From the NCBI GenBank assembly GCA_035285545.1, contig JAYKGY010000112.1, positions 1 through 12,640 of the forward strand: a stretch of DNA of 12,640 nt, in the 5' to 3' direction. Both the position numbers and the translations under genes were made by a program. The first letter of the stretch is position 1, and every line of letters begins with the position of its first letter. The stretch comes from Snowella sp. GTDB lineage: Bacteria > Cyanobacteriota > Cyanobacteriia > Cyanobacteriales > Microcystaceae. The notes under the pieces are model-generated. The model had not been told where the DNA came from. It did no database searches and was given only the letters and a program-made list of their open reading frames with translations. This document shows positions 5,197 through 12,640 of the stretch, one piece after another.

Positions 5197-7326
5197 TCAG
5201 GATGTCGGAGATAAGGCAGATAGGGTTTGCAATTGCCACGCATTTAACGGCGTTTTTCCATTACTGTCAATTTCTGGTATGGATTCAAACTGATAAATAT
5301 CCTGTAAGCGTCGTCGCACTTCTTGAGACACTAAAATCATCCCCGGAGGACAGGCCGATCGCAGGGCACTTGCCGTATTAATCGTATCGCCCCACACATC
5401 ATAGATAAACTTATTGCGTCCCACAATTCCGGCAACCACATCGCCCGAATTAATGCCAATGCGAATATTTAACGTAAAATTTCGTTCATGGTTAAAACGG
5501 CGGACAATTGCTAACATTTCTAGGGCAAAATCAACGGCGCGTTTATCGTGGTCTAGGTAGGGAATCGACAGCCCACAAACCCCTAAATAACTATCGCCAA
5601 TGGTTTTGATTTTCTCAATGCCGTACCGTTCAGCCGCTTCATCAAAGGCCGCCACTAAGTCATTCAAAATAGAGACAATCTCATAGGCGGTTAAGGATTC
5701 GGATAATTTAGAAAAACCTGTTAAATCCGAAAAAATAACGGCCACATTCGACACATCTTCGGCAATATTTCGTTCTCCTTTTTTTAAGCGTTTAGCAATT
5801 GAAGAGGGAAATACACTTAATAATAATTGTTCATTTTCTTGGCTTTTTTCTTTCACCAAATTGGTCTGGGTTCGCAGACTCCGCACCATTGCGTTAAAGG
5901 ATTTAGCTAATTCTCCAAATTCATCATTACTCTTGAGGGGCGCGATCGCGTCTAATTCTCCGGCACTAACTCGACGGGCACTGTGAATTAATTGATTAAT
6001 CGGCAAAACAAACAGATAGGCCAACCCCATCGCAATCAGGGTTACCACAAGGATCAACAACGTTGCATAGATCAATATTTGCTGAGCAAAGGAATAGATC
6101 GGTGCGTAGGCTTCCGCTAAATCAATTTCTGAAAGAATGACCCAATCTAACCCCTCTAATTGCAAAGGTGCGTAGGAACTGAGAACGGTAATATTGCGAT
6201 AATCAGGGATAATTTGGGTTCCCGTTTTCCCCGCTAAGGCTGCTTCCACCGCTTTTGTTCTGACAGGCTGTAATAAAATCGAGCTATTAAACTGCTTGAT
6301 CCGCTCAATAATAGCTTCCTTGGTTCCCAGCGATCGCAGAATGGATTCGTAACCCTGGGGATCTTGCACCAAAAAACGGGAAACAGAACGCATTAAATAA
6401 TCCCGTCCCACTAAATAGGTTTCTCCCGATTCCCCTAGCCCATCCGCTTTCCATTGCTGATTGCCCGTCATCACATTGTTAATCTCATCAACGGGCAACT
6501 GAAACGCCAATACCCCGATTAATTGCGAGTTTTTATAAATCGGCGCAGCAATAAAAGCCGCAGGAACACCATAGGAAGGTTCATAATTTTGGAAATCCAC
6601 AATTTGGGAATAATTGCGCTTCTTCGCATCCTGCACAATTTGATTAAGTTGGGCTAAATTACTGTCTTTGTAGGGCCCCGTTAAAAAATTGGTAGCAAAA
6701 TCCGTTTCCTTAAAAACGGTATAAACGAGATTCCCTTGGGTATCAAGCAGAAACATATCGTAATAGCCAAATTTTTCAATAATATTGCGAAAAATATTAT
6801 GATATCGTTGATGAACTCGGCTATAGTCACTCCCATCGGGAGCCACGTTTAATTGTTGCTTTTTCCCAACGGGGTTCGGATTCGCAGCAATGTAATGATA
6901 TTGAAGATACTGAGCCGCAGGGTTTTTGGGGGTATAGGATTCAACAATGAGCGAGTCCCCTTCGCTTTTGGCTAAACGGGGTAAAAACTGCTGACGATAA
7001 TATTGGTCAATTTTAGTCTTAAAGTGAGCAGGAATCTTTTCAGTCTCTAATTTTTGATAAGCCGCTTTAAATTCTTCCATCGCTGCCCCAATGGACAGAT
7101 CCTCACTTAAGGTTTCCGTATGGTTGTGAATGGTTTTAACATAGGACTCGATTTGGTAAGCTTTCGATGCTCGCACACTGGTTAGTTGGTTATAGACTCG
7201 CTGGGTGAGATTTGCTTGGCCACTCCGATAACCGAGATAGGCAGTGACTACAATAGAACAACCACTCACGGTCAACAGCATGACAATGAGTTTCGATTTG
7301 ATACTGATATGATTGAGCAAGCGCAT
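5197..7326 (-). CDS. Membrane-anchored class III adenylate/guanylate cyclase-domain protein (TM, Cache-like periplasmic sensor, TM, HAMP, cyclase)
   Basis: Two TM helices; sensor-domain motifs YYDMFLLD and GESGETYLVG; HAMP (PINQL...DEFGELAKSFNAM); LLLSVFPSSIAKRL; cyclase motifs IFSDLTGFS, KIKTIGDSY, IRIGINSGDVVAG, YDVWGDTIN. Confidence 0.92.
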   Translation of the reverse strand: MRLLNHISIKSKLIVMLLTVSGCSIVVTAYLGYRSGQANLTQRVYNQLTSVRASKAYQIESYVKTIHNHTETLSEDLSIGAAMEEFKAAYQKLETEKIPAHFKTKIDQYYRQQFLPRLAKSEGDSLIVESYTPKNPAAQYLQYHYIAANPNPVGKKQQLNVAPDGSDYSRVHQRYHNIFRNIIEKFGYYDMFLLDTQGNLVYTVFKETDFATNFLTGPYKDSNLAQLNQIVQDAKKRNYSQIVDFQNYEPSYGVPAAFIAAPIYKNSQLIGVLAFQLPVDEINNVMTGNQQWKADGLGESGETYLVGRDYLMRSVSRFLVQDPQGYESILRSLGTKEAIIERIKQFNSSILLQPVRTKAVEAALAGKTGTQIIPDYRNITVLSSYAPLQLEGLDWVILSEIDLAEAYAPIYSFAQQILIYATLLILVVTLIAMGLAYLFVLPINQLIHSARRVSAGELDAIAPLKSNDEFGELAKSFNAMVRSLRTQTNLVKEKSQENEQLLLSVFPSSIAKRLKKGERNIAEDVSNVAVIFSDLTGFSKLSESLTAYEIVSILNDLVAAFDEAAERYGIEKIKTIGDSYLGVCGLSIPYLDHDKRAVDFALEMLAIVRRFNHERNFTLNIRIGINSGDVVAGIVGRNKFIYDVWGDTINTASALRSACPPGMILVSQEVRRRLQDIYQFESIPEIDSNGKTPLNAWQLQTLSALSPTS

Positions 7327-7425
7327 AGATAAATCGGCGATCGCAGTTCAGCGAGCTTTATTTTCCGAGTCCTGTTGAGTACCTTACGGGACGATAGGCC
7401 ATCAGACTGTATTCATTGAGGCAAT

Positions 7426-9096
7426 ATGTATTCCCTAACCCAAACCACAGGTCGGTTAACGCAGACGACAGGCAGACAGCGAGAAATTATCGAAGTCGTT
7501 CTCGGCAACGGTTGGGAATATATGCGGGGCTTGCTCACAGGCGGGAAAGTCGGTGAACCCCAATTGCCCACCCCTGAAGTTTTACGGAAAATCTTGGTGG
7601 AATTAGGGCCTTTTTACGTCAAATTAGGGCAACTCCTCAGCACTCGTCCTGATTTATTACCCCCTCGTTATATTGAAGCCTTAACCGCCCTCCAAACCAA
7701 TGTTCCGCCCGTTTCCTGGCCCGAAATTGAGCGGCAACTGCAATCTCAGTTTGATCAACCTTTGGGCGATATTTTCAAAAAAATTAATCCCCAGGCGATC
7801 GCGGCGGCATCCATTGGGCAAGTTCATCGCGCAACCCTGATGAGTGGGCAAGAAGTCGCCATTAAAGTCCAACGCCCAGGCATTGATAGTATCGTTGCTC
7901 AGGATATTACCCTCATTAAAGCGATCGCGGAATTGGTGGCATTAACAGAATTTGGCAAAACCTATGATCTGGTTAAGCTAACCGACGAATTTACCCAAGC
8001 AGTCAAAGCTGAACTGGATTTCACCAAAGAAGCCCACTACACCGATCAAATACGGCGAAATTTAGCCAAAGGAGAATGGTTTGATCCGTCCCAAATTGTC
8101 ATTCCCCAAGTCTTTTGGGAAGTGACGACCCAAAAAGTGCTGGTTTTAGAATGGCTAGAGGGTTCTCCCCTACTGACTGCGGACTTATCCCAACCGCCCG
8201 ATGCGCTTTCCATTACTGAACGAAAAAAAGCCCTTACCACCCTATTATTTCGTGTCTTTTTCCAACAGCTTTATAAAGACGGTTTTTTCCATGCCGATCC
8301 CCATCCTGGTAACCTGTTCTATCTCTCCGATGGACGAATTGCCCTGATTGACTTTGGCATGATTGGACGGCTAGACCCCCGCACCCAGCAAATTTTGACG
8401 GAAATGTTACTCGCCATTTTCGATCTCGATGCCCAACGCTGTAGCCAGTTAACCCTAGAACTATCAGAATCAACCCAAACGCCCGATTTAGAAAGCTTAA
8501 AGCTGGATTATGAGCGAATGTTGCGGAAATATTATGATTTGAGCTTAGCTCAGTTTAACTTTAGTGAAGTGGTCTATGAAATTCTGCAAATTGCGCGGCA
8601 AAACAAAATTAAAGTCCCCGGCAATCTAGGGCTGTATGCCAAATGTTTAGCGAACCTAGAAGGAACAGGACGGCAATTTAACCCCAATTTAAATTTATTT
8701 GATGAAATTAAGCCCTTAATGACCGATTTATTTCGGATGCAGTTAATTGGCAATACGCCGTTGCAAACCTCCCTCAGAACGGTTTTAGACCTGAAAACCA
8801 CTTTCCTGAAAACGCCCCGACAAATGGATGTGTTGCTCAATCGGTTAACGTCTGAAACCCTGCAATGGAATGTGCGGTTAAGGGATTTAGAACCCGTTCG
8901 TCGCAGTATTGATGAGTCTGCTAATCGCTTGTCCTTTAGTATCGTGGTCGGTTCTTTGATTATGGGAGCCGCCATTATTTCCACCGGAGGCACGAATCCG
9001 CAATTTGTGATTATTTCCGATGTTTTATTTGCCGTAGCGAGTTTATTGGGGCTGTGGCTGATTATTAGTATTCTGCGATCGGGAAGATTAAGATAA
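7426..9096 (+). CDS. ABC1/UbiB/AarF-family atypical kinase
   Basis: KxGQ motif (VKLGQLLSTRPD), Ala-rich loop AAASIGQVHRA, VAIKVQRPG, FFHADPHPGN, DFGMIG, and two C-terminal TM helices. Confidence 0.95.
   Translation: MYSLTQTTGRLTQTTGRQREIIEVVLGNGWEYMRGLLTGGKVGEPQLPTPEVLRKILVELGPFYVKLGQLLSTRPDLLPPRYIEALTALQTNVPPVSWPEIERQLQSQFDQPLGDIFKKINPQAIAAASIGQVHRATLMSGQEVAIKVQRPGIDSIVAQDITLIKAIAELVALTEFGKTYDLVKLTDEFTQAVKAELDFTKEAHYTDQIRRNLAKGEWFDPSQIVIPQVFWEVTTQKVLVLEWLEGSPLLTADLSQPPDALSITERKKALTTLLFRVFFQQLYKDGFFHADPHPGNLFYLSDGRIALIDFGMIGRLDPRTQQILTEMLLAIFDLDAQRCSQLTLELSESTQTPDLESLKLDYERMLRKYYDLSLAQFNFSEVVYEILQIARQNKIKVPGNLGLYAKCLANLEGTGRQFNPNLNLFDEIKPLMTDLFRMQLIGNTPLQTSLRTVLDLKTTFLKTPRQMDVLLNRLTSETLQWNVRLRDLEPVRRSIDESANRLSFSIVVGSLIMGAAIISTGGTNPQFVIISDVLFAVASLLGLWLIISILRSGRLR
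7435..7476 (+). repeat. 21-bp tandem duplication encoding LTQTTGR twice
   Basis: cta acc caa acc aca ggt cgg / tta acg cag acg aca ggc aga: 7 of 21 nt differ, with no amino-acid change. Confidence 0.9.
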
Positions 9097-9224
9097 ATCC
9101 TCTACAATAAAAAATACTGCAAACTCCATCCTTAATGTTCACCATCGGATTCAGGAGTCACCATTACTGAGCAAAACAAAGCGTTTACGGTAATGGTCAT
9201 TCATTTTTTGCGGAATTTAACCCT

Positions 9225-12200
9225 ATGGCAACCTTACACGGTAGTTGGATTACTCAGCCCGAATCAGACGGTTATTTATTTCTGTGGGCAGAAGCCTGGC
9301 GAGATTTGAATGAACTCGAAGCGCGATCGCCGGAATCGGAAATTTCGCCTCATCCGTTTAATCTTGATCTTGCGAGTTTACAGGCCAATTTACAGGAATG
9401 GTTGGGGTTTAGTCCGTCTGATTTCAATTCCCTCTGGCACAGCGAAGTTGTTAGTTTACCGACCCAAACGGTTAAAAAAATTGCCTACCCTCTGCTTTCA
9501 GGACAAGATAATTCAGATTTAAAGCCCAATTCCCTCAGTTTCCAACCCTGGCAAGTGCAAGGACTCCGCCTCAATCCCCTCGCTGCCAGTGAATTGTTAA
9601 AAAAAATCCCGTTAGGATTAGACCAAAGCCGCTTTTTAGGAACCGATCTACAATTTTTCGCCCATCTCTATCGTTGGAGTCTGGATCTCTTAGTTCGTCG
9701 TAAGTTTTTACCAGGGGTTCGACAAACGACTTCAGGGTATCAATCCTGTTGGTATCCCCTTCTTGATAGCACTGTTGATCAAACCCGTTTAGCCAAGTTT
9801 AATCAACTCATTCCCCCTGCTTGTTTGGCCTATACTCAAGCGAATTCCAGCGATACACCCAATCTATCCCAAACCCTTATCCTGTCCTATCTCCAGGCAA
9901 TGGTTGATGCTCAAGTTAGGGCCATGAGTCCTAGCTTAACGACGACGAAAGACAGCACGCTGCATACTTGGTTATCAGGCTTAGCCAGTTCAAAAACATC
10001 GGTCATCGGCGATCGCCTGCAACAACAAAAATTAGTAACAGGGCTGAGTAATTGGTACTTACCGATCCAAGATTATTTAGCCAGTCCCGACAATGAGCAA
10101 TTGGGGAAACATCAATTTCGCGTTTGTTTTGTGCTAGAACCGCCAAATTTAGAAAATGTAACCACAGGGGAAAGCAATTGGCAATTAAATTACGTTCTAC
10201 AAGCCCTAGATAATGAAAATTTCGTTGTTCCTGCTACAACCATTTGGCAACAAGCCAGCGATGAATTAATTTGGGAAAAACGGCTGATTGCCCAACCCCA
10301 AGAAACGTTACTCAAAGGCTTAGGCTTAGCTTCCCGTTTATATGCCCCCATCGCCGAAAGTTTAGAAACTCAACAACCAACCCATTGCACCCTTGACCCG
10401 ATTCAGGTTTATGAATTTATCAAAGCGTCCGCCTGGCTACTGCAAGATAATGGCTTAGGGGTGATTGTGCCACCCAGTTTGCGTTCAGGAGGAGAAGAAC
10501 AACGCTTAGGGCTAAAGATTCAAGGGCAAGTCACGCCGAAAAAAGGGGAACGTTTAACCCTCAATTCCCTGTTGCAATACGATTTGAAATTGGTCATCGG
10601 CGATCGCGTCATTTCCGAAAAAGACTTTAAACAATTGCTCGACCAAAAATCGCCCCTCGTTGAAATCAATGGCCAATGGATTACCCTGCAACCATCCGAT
10701 GTGCGAGCCGCCCAAAGCATTTTAAATAAATCCAATGATCCACTGAGTTTATCCGTTGAAGATGCCCTGAGAATTAGCATCGGGGAAAGCCAAACCATTG
10801 CTAAATTACCCGTTGTCCAATTTGAAGCGTCAGGGGTTTTACAGGAATTAATCAATAATTTGACCAATAACGAAGCCATTAACCCGATTGAAAATCCAGA
10901 AGGTTTTACAGGAACCTTACGACCTTATCAAGCCAGGGGTGTGGGTTGGCTAGCCTTTCTGGAAAAATGGGGGCTAGGGGCCTGTTTAGCCGATGATATG
11001 GGCTTAGGAAAAACACCGCAGTTATTAGCGTTTATTCTGCATCTCAAGTCCGAATCGATGTTAGAAAAACCCATTTTAATTGCTTGTCCCACTTCGGTAA
11101 TTAATAATTGGGCCCATGAGATCAAAAAATTTGCGCCGAGTTTATCTTTCCATATTCATCATGGGGATAAGCGCAGTAAGGGAACGGATTTTGTCAAAAC
11201 GATTCACCATAAACAGGTAATTCTAACCAGTTATTCCTTACTCTATCGAGATAGCAAAACCCTAGAAAAAATCGATTGGCAAGGCATTGTTTTAGACGAA
11301 GCCCAAAATATTAAAAATCCCCAAGCGAAACAATCCCAAGCAGTACGGCAACTCAAAGCCAATTTTCGCATTGCCTTAACGGGAACACCTGTGGAAAATC
11401 GATTAGCGGAACTGTGGGCAATTTTAGATTTCCTCAACCCCAACTTTTTAGGCACTCAAGCTTTTTTTCAACGGCGTTTTGCTACCCCGATTGAAAAATA
11501 CGGCGATCGCCAATCCTTGCAAATTTTGCGATCCTTAGTGCGTCCTTTTATTCTGCGGCGTTTAAAAACCGATACCACCATTATTCAGGATTTACCCGAA
11601 AAACAGGAAATGAATGTGTTCTGTGGTTTATCCTTGGAACAAGCTGATTTATATCAAGAATTAGTCGAAAAATCCCTCCAGCAAATTGAAGATTCGACAG
11701 GCATTCAACGACGGGGATTAATTTTAGGTTTATTAGTTAAACTCAAACAAATTTGTAATCATCCTGCCCAATTTTTAAAAGCCAATGCCTTAGACTCTGC
11801 TACGCGATCGGGTAAATTATTGCGTTTACAGGAAATGTTAGAAGAAGTAATCGGAGAAGGAGACAGAGCGTTAATTTTTACTCAATTTGCAGAATGGGGC
11901 AATTTACTGAAACCCTATCTTGGTGAACAGTTTAAAGAAGAAGTTCTCTTTCTACATGGGGGAACCTCCCGTCAGGCTCGACAAACTATGATTGATCGTT
12001 TTCAAACCGATCCCAATGCCCCGAAGATTTTTATTTTGTCTTTAAAAGCAGGCGGAACGGGCTTAAATTTAACCAGAGCCAATCATGTTTTTCATATTGA
12101 TCGCTGGTGGAATCCTGCGGTGGAAAATCAAGCAACAGATCGGGCGTTTCGGATTGGGCAAAAACGCAATGTTCAGGTTCACAAGTTTGTCTGTACGGGA

Positions 12201-12353
12201 ACATTGGAGGAAAAAATTAATGACATGATTGAGAGCAAAAAACAACTAGCCGAGCAAACGGTTGATGCAGGAGAAAATTGGTTAACTGAATTAGATACGG
12301 ATCAATTACGGAATTTATTACTATTAGATCGCAATGCGATTATTGATGAATAA
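9225..12353 (+). CDS. SNF2-family (SWI2/SNF2) DEAD/DEAH-box ATPase with N-terminal SNF2-associated (DUF3670-like) region
   Basis: LRPYQ, Walker A LADDMGLGKT, Walker B LDEAQNIKN, ALTGTPVEN, LKQICNHP, SLKAGGTGLNL, WWNPAVENQATDRAFRIGQ. N-terminal LHGSW...FLWAE is typical of the cyanobacterial ~1050-aa subfamily. Confidence 0.96.
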   Translation: MATLHGSWITQPESDGYLFLWAEAWRDLNELEARSPESEISPHPFNLDLASLQANLQEWLGFSPSDFNSLWHSEVVSLPTQTVKKIAYPLLSGQDNSDLKPNSLSFQPWQVQGLRLNPLAASELLKKIPLGLDQSRFLGTDLQFFAHLYRWSLDLLVRRKFLPGVRQTTSGYQSCWYPLLDSTVDQTRLAKFNQLIPPACLAYTQANSSDTPNLSQTLILSYLQAMVDAQVRAMSPSLTTTKDSTLHTWLSGLASSKTSVIGDRLQQQKLVTGLSNWYLPIQDYLASPDNEQLGKHQFRVCFVLEPPNLENVTTGESNWQLNYVLQALDNENFVVPATTIWQQASDELIWEKRLIAQPQETLLKGLGLASRLYAPIAESLETQQPTHCTLDPIQVYEFIKASAWLLQDNGLGVIVPPSLRSGGEEQRLGLKIQGQVTPKKGERLTLNSLLQYDLKLVIGDRVISEKDFKQLLDQKSPLVEINGQWITLQPSDVRAAQSILNKSNDPLSLSVEDALRISIGESQTIAKLPVVQFEASGVLQELINNLTNNEAINPIENPEGFTGTLRPYQARGVGWLAFLEKWGLGACLADDMGLGKTPQLLAFILHLKSESMLEKPILIACPTSVINNWAHEIKKFAPSLSFHIHHGDKRSKGTDFVKTIHHKQVILTSYSLLYRDSKTLEKIDWQGIVLDEAQNIKNPQAKQSQAVRQLKANFRIALTGTPVENRLAELWAILDFLNPNFLGTQAFFQRRFATPIEKYGDRQSLQILRSLVRPFILRRLKTDTTIIQDLPEKQEMNVFCGLSLEQADLYQELVEKSLQQIEDSTGIQRRGLILGLLVKLKQICNHPAQFLKANALDSATRSGKLLRLQEMLEEVIGEGDRALIFTQFAEWGNLLKPYLGEQFKEEVLFLHGGTSRQARQTMIDRFQTDPNAPKIFILSLKAGGTGLNLTRANHVFHIDRWWNPAVENQATDRAFRIGQKRNVQVHKFVCTGTLEEKINDMIESKKQLAEQTVDAGENWLTELDTDQLRNLLLLDRNAIIDE

Positions 12354-12486
12354 TCCGTATTTTTAGCAGTAAAAGCCTTAAAATAGAACTATTAGCTTAT
12401 TACCTGACAGAAAATTTCCGATGATCATTCTATTGCGGGGTAATATACGGAATAATTCTTAATAAAATCCTTATTTGGATTGATAT

Positions 12487-12540
12487 ATGAAAAAGTCCCG
12501 TATACTATTTATAGTTATAGCAATCCTAAACGATTTGTAA
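12487..12540 (+). pseudogene. Possible 5' stub of an exported-protein gene interrupted by the IS630-like element
   Basis: ATG at 12487 gives MKKSRILFIV (basic N-region plus the start of a hydrophobic core), then reads into the putative IS end (IAILNDL*) and stops at 12538-12540. Confidence 0.35.
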
Positions 12541-12640
12541 CAGATATAATAGAAATGAGAGAGGGACAAAAGTAAAGGGTTAAAATCATGAACTTGATAG
12601 AAGAGCTAGATGATTTTCTAAAAAAGACAACAGATGCGAG
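12516..12640 (+). mobile_element. Left end of a probable IS630-family insertion sequence (partial)
   Basis: TA|TAGCAATCCTAAACGATTTGT resembles the TA-targeting termini I recognise from cyanobacterial IS630 elements. An ORF starts about 70 bp inside. Confidence 0.65.
12588..12640 (+). CDS. Probable IS630-family transposase N-terminus (3' partial)
   Basis: MNLIEELDDFLKKTTDA..., open to the window edge. Similar to the start of cyanobacterial IS630 HTH ORFs, but only 17 codons are visible. Confidence 0.55.
   Translation, partial: MNLIEELDDFLKKTTDA

Larger units (their letters stand above)
2009..11510. repeat. HIP1 octamer GCGATCGC, 15 dispersed exact copies
   Basis: Found by eye starting at 2009, 3325, 3661, 4058, 4467, 4873, 5942, 6330, 7337, 7795, 7921, 9323, 10009, 10600 and 11503; none seen in 1-2008. 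Confidence 0.9.

Noticed and set aside
7327..7425. Specific promoter elements in the 99-bp divergent gap between cyclase and kinase
   Set aside because: Divergent promoters are likely, but I could not identify convincing -10/-35 or operator sequences.
10001..10607. Identical 16-mer GGTCATCGGCGATCGC at 10001 and 10592 in SNF2
   Set aside because: Half of it is the HIP1 octamer and both copies encode VIGDR; explained by HIP1 abundance and chance.
7681..11455. Short ORFs nested in the ABC1 kinase and SNF2 genes (7681-7872, 8046-8240, 8234-8473, 8574-8993, 9310-9522, 10520-10879, 10928-11125, 11243-11455)
   Set aside because: Antisense or off-frame shadows of long conserved genes, with no independent coding evidence.
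9225..12353. SNF2 ATPase as part of a defence system (for example DISARM or Zorya type)
   Set aside because: It looks like the widespread cyanobacterial subfamily, contains HIP1 sites like core DNA, and has no methylase, nuclease or other defence genes beside it.
12354..12480. Short inverted repeats downstream of SNF2 (TCCGTAT/ATACGGA, TATTACC/GGTAATA) as a MITE or ncRNA
   Set aside because: Only 7-bp arms in AT-rich DNA, with no target duplication or consistent extended stem.
1..12640. Composite transposon formed by the two flanking IS ends
   Set aside because: The ends belong to different families (IS66 vs IS630-like) and the interior is mostly HIP1-rich core genes.

Overview
Cyanobacterial chromosomal segment: I counted 15 exact HIP1 octamers (GCGATCGC), and the gene content is Chroococcales/Synechocystis-like. 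Each end carries about 125 bp of an insertion sequence: the 3' end of an IS66-family element (1-126) and the probable 5' end of an IS630-family element (from about 12516). The left 2.6 kb is an AT-rich, HIP1-poor accessory cluster. It holds an IS-truncated LRR protein ending in a (G/N/R)-D-K-(V/I)-x pentapeptide repeat, a BrnT-family toxin, a chimeric BrnA-like antitoxin carrying the same four-unit repeat plus a helical domain with a hydrophobic segment, and a DUF29 gene. The shared repeat suggests an LRR sensor coupled to a toxin-antitoxin module through a homotypic, possibly amyloid-like motif; this is a hypothesis and the most notable signal in the window. The rest looks like core genome: FTR1 iron permease, DUF3747-SPOR exported protein, a sensor-HAMP class III cyclase lacking the canonical catalytic Arg, an ABC1/UbiB kinase with a synonymous-diverged 7-aa duplication, and a SNF2-family ATPase. 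All family calls come from motif recognition by eye; no searches were run.
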